Assembly: GCA_951406725.2 (NCBI GenBank)
Contig: OX597827.1
Location: forward strand, 72,540,001 to 72,604,000
Length of the DNA: 64,000 nucleotides
Source: Octopus vulgaris
Taxonomy: Eukaryota
Reading direction: 5' to 3'
Shown piece by piece: positions 54,196 through 64,000 of the stretch (position 1 is the first letter of the stretch; every line of letters starts with the position of its first letter). The position numbers were made by a program, and so were the translations under genes. Below the pieces are notes generated by a model. It worked only from the letters and a program-made list of their open reading frames with translations. It was not told where the DNA came from and made no database searches.

Positions 54196-54999
54196 TTTCT
54201 CTCCCTGTACTTATTCTTTTCTTTTATTCTTTCACTTGTTTCAGTCATTTGACTGCGGCCATGCTGGAGCGCCAGTCAATGTTGTAGTGCTTTCAATATG
54301 TCCCCCTATAGTTCTGACTATTTTCTGCTACTGTGGGTTTTATCAGTCAGCTCCACGGCATGCTTACTTGCAGGTGATGTCTGCTTTTGGGGTGTCACCA
54401 GACTTGCTCAATCCAGTCCAATTTGTAGCCCCTCCCCATAAAAATACCATGAGTCCTGCAGCAGGTGATCAACTCCTTCTCTCACATTCTGTAGTAGCTT
54501 CAGGGACACCAGGAGAGGTATTGTGAATGGAGGAATGTGTGGGTCTGCCTAGAATCTCAAACATAACCAAATTGGGAAAAAAAACCCAGGCAGTTTGACA
54601 ATCGTTCTGAGAAGAATAAGCATCTCAATGATGAGAAAGAGGTTTGTTCCTTCTTGAGCCATGCCTGGCTCATAAGGGCCGGTTTCCTGGTTTCCATGGC
54701 GTATAGGTTCCCCACCTGAACGGGAAGCCGGTCTGTTGCAGGTGAGCTGCAAGATGCAGGAGGAAAGAGTGAGAGAAAGTTGTGGCGAAAGGGTCAGCAG
54801 ATGTTCGCCATTATCTTCTGCCGGAGTTGCATGGAGCTTAGGTGTTTCTACTCATAAATACACACATACCCTGGTCTGAGATTCGAACCCGTGATCCCTT
54901 GACCGCGAATCCGCTGCTCTAACCACTCGGCCATTGCCTCCAGTGATGGAAAGAGGCAGAAGAGATGACATGCAACATGGTATGGCTCACTCCTCTCTT

Positions 55000-55990
55000 G
55001 CAAACTTGCTCCTATTAGAAGCTGCTATAATGTGGTGGAATAGGACAACTTAATGATATTCCCATTGAAAATACTGTGATGTCTGTGTTGCAGGGAAAAG
55101 TCTCTAATGCAAAACTGGAGGAAAATCCAGGAGATATTTGTTTTCACATTACTCAAGAAGAGTGGATTATATCATATTACATGCCATCTTCTCCACCTTT
55201 TCCCATCTTCCCATCATTGGAACACTCATCATTCTGAGGAGGGTGGGTTGTCACACTTTCTTCATTTTCTCCCAGCTTGGTTATGTTTGGAATTCCGGGC
55301 TAACCCATATGTTCCTCCAACTATGCTACCTTCTTTGGTGTCTCTGGAGTTACTCTGGGGTATGGGGAAGGTTGGTTGGTCATTCCTCACAAGGGTTGTG
55401 GATTCCCATAAGGAGAGGTTGCCATAACAGTCTCAGGCATTCTTTAGACATTCTTGGGTTGTACAGTATTGACCAGGGTGGTCACCACTTCATGGTCATA
55501 ACTGTATTACTCTTACATTCCTTGAGAGCTCTCTTAATGTTGGTATCAGTATTAAATCTAATCCAGTTGTTATAACCCAACTTAATGAGAATCTCATTAT
55601 ATCACCCTGTGCTATTATTGAAAATTCTCTCAATATTAGATATACAAATCGATATATTCCTAACTAAATCTTAATTAACATAACTAGAATGACTAGACAG
55701 CTTATGAGTGTATTTGAGGTTTGCAGTGGGTTTATGGTAAGGATAGCATACCTCCACATCTAGGTACAAGTTACATCTAAAAACGTTGGTTCTCTTGTTG
55801 CACACCTTGACTGAAACAGGGAAGTTTAAATTCTTGAAAAAACTGCAGAGACGTTTTCTTTGTCTTTTTAGTTTGGACAGGGAATATCCTGAGACTTTAA
55901 GGAGAGTATCATCCTTAGAGTGTGTCCCTGCTCCAGGTTTGGGAAAGCCCTGCTTCAGTTTGTATAGCAAAAACAGATAGACTAGCTCTG
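55000..55990 (-). pseudogene. Second, older Penelope-like RT relic
   Basis: NLYLDVEVCYPYHKPTANLKYTHKLSSHS resembles the Penelope-like RT C-terminal FLDV..YxPYxKP...Y....SNHP block; decayed DD motif (SKDDTL). Confidence 0.55.
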
Positions 55991-56006
55991 TTTTTAAAGT
56001 ATATAT

Positions 56007-56097
56007 CAGTGGTTTTCAACCAGGGTTCTGCGGAACCTTAGGGTTCCGCCACTACAGTCCAGGGGTTCCGCACCAGCAAAAAGTTTGAAAAGCACTG
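56007..56097. mobile_element. 91-bp hAT MITE with perfect 8-bp TSD
   Basis: TIRs CAGTGGTTTTCAA / TTGAAAAGCACTG; GTATATAT on both sides. Confidence 0.88.
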
Positions 56098-56175
56098 GTA
56101 TATATGCATGTGTGTGAGCTTGTATAGGTATTTGTATGTGTGAATATATATATGTATATATATATGTATTATGTT

Positions 56176-56224
<49 letters not shown>

Positions 56225-56246
56225 TATATGTTTATTATATTATACT

Positions 56247-56329
<83 letters not shown>

Positions 56330-56679
56330 GTCTGTCTCTCTGTATCACCACCACCACCACCACCATCATTTAATGTCCACTTTCCATACTGGCATGGGTC
56401 GGATGGTTTAACTCGAATTGGTAGGCTAGAGGGTTGCACCAGGTTCCATTCTGATTTGGCATGGTTTCTACAGCTGGATGCCCTTCCTAATGACATACAT
56501 ATATATGTGTGTGTGTGTGTGTGTGTATATGTATGTGAATATGTATAAATATACAAATATTGAACACATGTAGATTTGTTAATGGCAAAATGTAATTAAT
56601 GAAGAAGAGGAAATGAAAAATACCCAGAGAGATGGTCAAAGGTAAGAATTGATGAAGAATTAAGAAGTGATTGAGGTAG

Positions 56680-56953
56680 AGAGAGAGAGAGAGAGAAGGA
56701 GAGAGAGGGAAAGAGGAAGGGAGATTTAGGGGAAGAGAGAGGGAGAGAAAGAGAGGGAGAGAGAATGAGAGAGAGATGGGGCAAAAGGAGAAGGAGAGAA
56801 GGAGAGAAAGAGAGAGAAAGTAAGAGAGAGAGAGAGAAGGAGAGAGAGGGAAAGAGGAAGGGAGATTTAGGGGAAGAGAGAGGGAGAGAAAGAGAGGGTG
56901 AGAGAACGAGAGAGAGATGGAGCAAAAGGAGAAGGAGAGAAGGAGAGAGGGTT

Positions 56954-56994
<41 letters not shown>

Positions 56995-56995
56995 G
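56680..56995. repeat. Polypurine GA tract containing an internal duplication
   Basis: GGGAAAGAGGAAGGGAGATTTAGGGG block occurs twice, about 140 bp apart. Confidence 0.8.
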
Positions 56996-58262
56996 GGAAT
57001 GTGAAAGTAGAAAATAATGTTATGACTGTACAGAGATTAAATAATATCATAATAAGATGGGGGTGGATGGGAGTGTGAAGAGGAAAGAACTGGGAAAAAC
57101 TAATACCACCACCACCACCACCACCACCACCACTGCTACAAACTACCTCCACTACTACTGCTGCTACTGCTGCTGCTACTGCTGCTGCTACTGCTGCTAC
57201 TGCTGCTGGCATCACCACGATGACTACTGACAACTAATATCACTGCTCCCACCACAACCACCTTCACTAATACCACCGTGACCACCAACACCAAAAATCA
57301 ATAAATAACACCATTATTAACCACCACCACTACCACTACCACCACCACCACCAGTACAACAACAACAACAACAAACACCTCCTCAACGCCACCACTAGCA
57401 CCATCCCCATCACCTTCTCCACCACCACCATCTCTACTATCAAAAAACCACCTCTGCCACCGTCAGCCCTTCATCCACAAAACACGTGAAGCTGTTTGTT
57501 GAGCAGTTGTTTGAGAAGACTACAGCAAGCTGTCCACATGTGTCAGAATTGCTAACGTTTACAGTTCTCTTATTATCCAAAACAACTTACATCTCTGATA
57601 TTGAAGCCTCTACAACCCTGATATTTAAACAACCACAATTTCAATATTCAGAGCCCAGCAGTTCTGATATACCTAAGCCCCTATATTTTTCTGAACCTTT
57701 ACATCTCTGACTTCTAAACGCTTATTTGAATCTTTACCATTCTGATACCGAGATAACTTCATCTTTGGAGTGACCAGACCTGTGTTGATATAGCATCACC
57801 ATATCATTGGTAAGTTATTGCAGCACTATTTTATATGAAATATTAAAGCCTCAGCATTCATGTGGAGGTGCATGGCTTAGTGGTTAGGCAGTTGGACTCA
57901 TGATCGTAAGATTGTGGTTTCAATTCCTGGACTGGGTGATGTGCTGCGTCCTTGAGCAAAACTCTTCCTTTTATGTTGCACCAGTTCATTCAGCTGGTAA
58001 AAATGGGTAAATCTTGCGATGGACCAGCATCCTGTCCAGAGGGGGGAATAGATGGGCCATAAAAAACCGGGAAACTGGTCCCAAGCTCCTTATGGAGTGA
58101 TATGAACTCACCACGCATTACTGATGATGAAAGTGATAAAGAAATTGTCTCTGAAGTTTGTTATGGAATACTACCACAGAGGGTATTTTTATTTAAAAGA
58201 CTGATTTTTAGATTCATCACTGATATATTCATCTTTGATTAACATACACCAGTATGTTAATA

Positions 58263-58421
<159 letters not shown>

Positions 58422-58639
58422 GTGTGTGTGTGTGTGTGTGTATATATAGGTAGGAGTGGCTGTGTGGTAAGTAGCTTGCTTACCAACAACATGGTTCCTG
58501 GTTCAGTCTCAGGCAAGAGAGACTGATGGAATAAGTACTAAGCTTACAAAGAATAAGTCCTGGGGTCAATTTGCTCAACTAAAGGCGGTGCTCCAGCATG
58601 GCTGCAGTCAAATGAAACAAATAAAAGAATAAAAGAACA

Positions 58640-58674
<35 letters not shown>

Positions 58675-58675
58675 T

Positions 58676-58855
58676 TGAAAAAAAGAATGACTTCTCTGGT
58701 GGTTCTAATCAGTTTAATTTGTTATTTTCTAATTTTTTAATAATATAACTTTTACACTTTATAGATCTATGAACTAAAGTGTAAAATTTATATTATTAAA
58801 AAATTAAAAAATAATAAACTAAGTGAAAAAGAAGTCATTTTTTTTCATTTTCAAA
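58676..58855. repeat. AT-rich imperfect palindrome
   Basis: TTTGAAAAAAGAATGACTTCT...TTTTACACTTTA pairs with TAAAGTGTAAAA...AGAAGTCATTTTT...TTTCAAA. Confidence 0.7.
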
Positions 58856-59849
58856 TATACCCAACTGTACCAAGGATCTCACACATTTTCCATACTCAAA
58901 AATAAATAATCCTGTGATGGGGAATATGTGCCATGAGAACCAGGAAACCAGGGAACCACCCCTATGAGTCTATACAAGTCAGGAAGCAACTTTATTCTTT
59001 CACTTTTACTTTAGCAATCAGATTACTGTCAAAAGTAATGTTTATTAATTCCCACTGTTTTCAATTAATTATTTATCATCTTGTAGCATTAAGATTTTGA
59101 TGAGGCAATTGTATATTTTCAAAATTACATTGCAGGGTAGGTGTGAGAAGCAGGATCAAGTCAGTCTGAGCATAAAACAGGTAGAATATATAGGCCAGAT
59201 ATGGCCAGATTAACACTTTTGTTACCAAGCCAGCTGAAACCTGCCTTTGTAGTATAAATGTTTTATTTTCATAAGTTTTGAATTAAAATCTTTCACCAAA
59301 CCTTAGTCACAATTTATGTTCCTAACACTAGCTTAATGATAACTATGTTATTTTACTAAATTCTTTGTTATATTTAAAATTAATTGAAAGAAACACAGAG
59401 CATCTCAAAATAATGAAAGGGTTAAATGCTGAATTGTTTCCCTAAATTGTTTACTCTGTTTCTGAGACATATGACAAGGAGAAAACAGACAGCCAAGTTT
59501 CAATTCTACTACACATCATTTTCAGTTGTGATTTTTTTCTCTTTTTTAAATGTTTTTACTTATGAAACTTCTTCAGTAAACTTCCTGGTCGTTGAAAAAC
59601 ATAATGCTGTACAGTGGACAATTATTTACAATTGTATGTGTGTGTTTAATGAACAAATCAAAATATGTACGTGTATTTTCACATATATGTACATACACAC
59701 ATAATTAGATATCTATCTCTTTATCCATATATATATATATAGGGAGAGTTTACGAAAAAAACAAAAGACGAAGACAGGTGGTGTACAAAACAAACAGATG
59801 TATTAGTATAACACTCAGGAATAGAAAAAGTCTTTTACAGTTTCGAGCC

Positions 59850-59912
<63 letters not shown>

Positions 59913-60056
59913 ATGTATGTATATATATATGTACGAGAGGTTTTGGTATCCAAGAGATCCAAAAGGCAGGTAAGGCTATATAAGTGCTATGAAAAGACTG
60001 CAACACATTCTTTGGATAATGGAACTGCGACATATAATGGAACATCCAACATATAA

Positions 60057-60495
60057 CCCTTTTGTTACTGAATTTATTTTGAGATGCTCTCTGTTTCTTT
60101 CAATTACTTTGAATATAACAAAGAATTTAGTAAAATATTTAGTCGTCATTAAGCTAATCATTATCATCATCGATCAACGTCCATTCTCCATGCTAGCATG
60201 GGTTGGACGGTTCGACCGGGGATCTGGGAAGCCAGAAGGCTGCACCAGGCTCCAGTCTGATCAGGCAGTGTTTCTACAGCTGGATGCCCTTCCTAATGCC
60301 AACCACTCCGTGAGTGTAGTGGGTGCTTTTTATGTGCCAGGCGAGGCTGGCAACGGCCATGGTCGGATTGGTGCTAATGTTAGGAACATAAATTGTGACT
60401 AAGGTTTGGTGGAAGATTTCAGGTCAAAACTTATGAAGATAAGACATTTGTACTCAGAGCCAGAGGCAGTTTCAGCGGGGTTGGTAACGAAAGGG
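60057..60495 (+). mobile_element. piggyBac-type MITE split by a family C insertion
   Basis: CCCTTTTGTTAC...GGTAACGAAAGGG|TTAA; insert 60159-60372 flanked by duplicated GCTAAT. Another monomer lies at about 59214-59421. Confidence 0.85.
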
Positions 60496-60988
60496 TTAAA
60501 GGTCCATAAAATAAGTACCAGCTGAGAACTGAGGGTTGATGTAATCAACTAGCCCCCTCCACTGAACTAGATAGACTTGCACCAAAATTTGAAACCAATG
60601 TTATTGAGAGGCATCTGGTGGTTAGATGGGCAAAAGGTTTAGTAGCATTTCATCTGTCTTAGTGTTCTGAGTTCAAATTCTGCTGAGGTCGATTTTTGCT
60701 TTTTCATCCTATTGGGGTTGATAAAATGAGTATCTGTTAAACGCTGGGGTCGATATAATTGAACAGCGCCCTCCCCTGAAGTGCTGGCCCTGTGCCAAAC
60801 TTTAAAATCCAAATATATTAATGTATCTATAAGCGTACAAAAGTACATACACACACATGTGTGTGCGTGCACACTTACACACACAGAAATATGTTCACAA
60901 ATTGACACACATACACATAATTGCACATAAATACACATAAATATATGGCATGGATAAACACACACACAAATAGATAACATATACACAT

Positions 60989-61027
<39 letters not shown>

Positions 61028-61842
61028 TATACCCGCATAAGCACGTACACAGAATTTGATCAAGTGCTTACCTGGAGTTAATCCTTCTAACATTAGCGGA
61101 ACAAAGCACATCTGACTAACGACTAACTCCTGCTAATTACCTGCATTATTAACCTTAACATTCTGATACACAGTTATCTTTTTGTTTTTTTTATTGTTTT
61201 TGTCTTTTATCTTTCACTTGTTTCAGTCATTAGATTGCGGCCATGCTGGAGCACCACACTGAAGGATTTTAGGAGAACGAATTGACCCCCACCCAACTCC
61301 ACCACTGTGCTTATTTCTTTTAAGCCTGGTATTTATTCTGTTGATCTCTTTTGCCAAACTGCTAAGTTATGAGCAAAGGTAGGGAACAAACACAGACACA
61401 CACACACGGCTATAGTAGAAGACACTGGTCCAAGGTGCATGCAGAGGGACTGAACCTGGGCAAAATTCCTCCAGAAGTGACCATCTAGTTGATTTTTATC
61501 AACACCTAGAGTCTTCTTCAGAATGTCATTACTCTTCCCTAACACTAATTCTCAATAGAATGCCAGAGTAGAATTTGCACTGCCAGCATTGCCCAACTGA
61601 CAGAGAGCTGTGAGTGAAAAATGGAGTTCTAGGTGCCAGGTGCCCTGCCTTGGCCTGCATTGATCCAGGACTGGAGCTGAGCCAACGAGACAAGCTGTGA
61701 AAAAACAAGCCTGACAAAAGGTGACCGCATCTGCTCCCTGGCAAGGAAACACTGGAGATGTTACAGCCCCAGTGTATGTCTGTGTGTCATCAGTCATGAC
61801 ATGCCTGGTTCTCCACTCAACAGGTTTTGACAACAAATCGTT

Positions 61843-62003
61843 AGCATCGCTAGGGAGGGATGGGGGAGTGGCCGTAGGGCAGAACTTTTAAAGGGGTGGC
61901 ACTTTTGGGTCTGCTGTAGGCAATATGTGTTCTTTTTTGTGGGGTCTGGGGGTGGCAAACAGAAGGGCCTTCCCGGGTGGCACATACTCTAGCTACGTTA
62001 GTG
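61843..62003. mobile_element. Degenerate MITE ending CTAGCTACG.TAGTG; partial second copy at about 51775-51870
   Basis: Shared internal sequence AGAAGGGCC...CCGGGTGGCACA.ACTCTAGCTA. Confidence 0.5.
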
Positions 62004-62399
62004 CAACAAATGTTTCTTTTTCACAGAAAGCAAAAGAGTAAGTGCTTCAGTCTGACCAGATGTGAACTGGTGTGAGACATGACAGCCAGGATGTAATACA
62101 TGACAGAGGCAACGCAGTGAGATGGCAGAAACATTAGCACGCCAGGCGAAATGCTTAACAGTATTTCATCTGTCTTTATGTTCTGAGTTCAAATTCCACC
62201 GAAGTTGACTTTGCCTTTCATCCTTTCAGGGTCGATAAATTAAGTACCAGTTGCATCCTGAGGTTGATCTAATTGACTGGCTTGCTCCCCCCAAATTTCG
62301 GGCCTTGTGCCTAGAGCAGAAAAGAATATATGATAGAGGTGATGTATATGTTCACCACTTCTATCTGACCTTTCAGGGATAGCTGCCTCTCAGTCCATT

Positions 62400-62913
62400 T
62401 CTGGGTGCTTCTCATCCCATCTCATTTCTTCTCCACCTGGAGGTCTGGATCACACCAGACTCTAAGCAGTTTAACTGGCCCATTTGTATATTGAACAGCA
62501 TGGCCCTGCTTCTCCAGGCGTTGAGCTGATCATACCGGATCCTAAGCAATTTAATTGGCCCATCTGTCCACTGTCCTATAATGCTATTGAATAGCATGGC
62601 CCTGCCTCTCCAGGTGCTGAGCTGCAGGCCCACTGATGTTTCTTGGTCCTGTCATTACCTCAGATTCCTTCAGAGTAATACTGATCAAGTCCATGTTTCT
62701 AATGTCTGACAGAATGATGGTGGCATTGTCTGCATATGTCGACATGGTTCTTCCACATCCTAGTTTGCATAGGATGTCCCTTGATGTCTTCAGATTCTGT
62801 AGGAGTGGCTCTAAAGTCAATACATATAGATGGGATGAGAGGGGACAAACTTGATGGACCAAATACAGGCACAAGAGTAGTAATTTGAAAGGGAGGGTAT
62901 TAACTGATACCAT
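62400..62913 (-). pseudogene. L1/Tx1-clade reverse transcriptase relic
   Basis: HQVCPLSSHLYVLTLEPLL (compare RQGCPLSPLLYVLALEPL) and STYADN (compare YADD). Confidence 0.75.
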
Positions 62914-64000
62914 TGATCACGGTACTTGACAGGTACTTTATTTTATCTTTAACTTAGTGGTGTGACAAAGAGAGATTGATGAAATAGATACCAAACAAAA
63001 AAAGAAGTTCTGGGTCAAGATCATCAATTATTGGCTGATTAGTTGAAACCCTTCTAGAGAGTGCTCCAGCTTGACCGTAATTCAATGACTGGAACAAACA
63101 TAATAGTAACTTGTAGAGTGATAGAAAGCAAAGATGACTTCAACAGGAATTGAAATCAGAAAGTAAGAGCTGAAACTCAGTACTACCGTCTGTAGCAACT
63201 TATGTATCTCAAGTCAGTGGAGAAGCTTCTATGTAGTCAGTCAATGTGCTAGAAAATATAGTTAAATCTCTCTCAAATTACATCCTACTATTCTAAAAGT
63301 GGGAAGGACATATCAGATAATGTAAACTTTAAATGTACACTGTGTCTGAATACAAAACAGGACGGTCACGGTTGGAATGCTTTTGATCTATGGTCTACTT
63401 GATCAGGATTGATCGAAGGCTAAACAACAATGTCAATTCCACAGCTGGGTCTTTCCCCAGATTTGTCTGTTGCTGAGATCAGAGTCCATAGACTCTCTTA
63501 GCCTCTAAAAACGTGAACAAAAATAACATGGTGAGTACAAAATACCAGGTATGTTTAGCTCCATAAACCACCTCCAGGTGTCTTTCAGTGCACGTCTGTG
63601 TTCTTATCAGTGCAGATACATAATATACAGGTTGCAGTTAATGCTGTATACAGCACAAAGGCTGGGGCATTGATTTGAGACCTAAAACTATTTTCTGTTA
63701 TCAAAAACTGTCAACACTTGACAAAGTATGAGTCAAAGAAGTGAAAGTAGACGTGGTGGTGGTGAGACTATAAGTGTTTGATAAGCCTGCTAGAAATAGC
63801 AGCTAAACATTTCTCAAATCATACCTCTTTTACTTGTTTCAGTCATTTGACTGTGACCATGCTGGAGCACCACCTTTTAGTCGAGCAAATCGACCCCGGG
63901 ACTTATTCTTTGTAAGCTCAGTACTTATTCTATCGGTCTCTTTTGCCGAACCGCTAAGTGACGGGAACGTAAACACACCAGCATCGGTTGTCAAGCAATG

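Noticed and set aside
57486-57815. Possible exon (TTTACAG at 57564, GTAAGT at 57810)
   Set aside because: Stops in all three frames and no recognisable homology.

Overview
Eukaryotic, AT-rich, repeat-saturated animal DNA. The SINE content and extreme (TA/CA/GATA/GGT)n load suggest an octopus-like cephalopod; this is an inference, not shown directly. One complete spliced gene is recoverable by hand: TEX261 (Svp26/Tex261 family), minus strand, 6 coding exons at 38902->22426, 615 nt, 204 aa, ending in KKQF. A probable first coding exon of a second minus-strand gene lies at 2717-2694. The rest is several tRNA-derived and other SINE families, RTE, L1/Tx1 and Penelope-like retroelement relics, Tigger and mariner relics, hAT, mariner and piggyBac-type MITEs, two non-autonomous Helitrons, tandem arrays and long foldbacks. 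The most striking signal is a set of hammerhead-ribozyme motifs: one with an intact core at 6162-6253 (minus) and several degenerate copies in short elements and palindromes, consistent with Penelope-like or retrozyme-type elements. A piggyBac-type MITE also appears as monomer, dimer and 9-mer satellite. Most ORFs in the supplied track are microsatellite or SINE artefacts. All alignments and family calls were made by eye.
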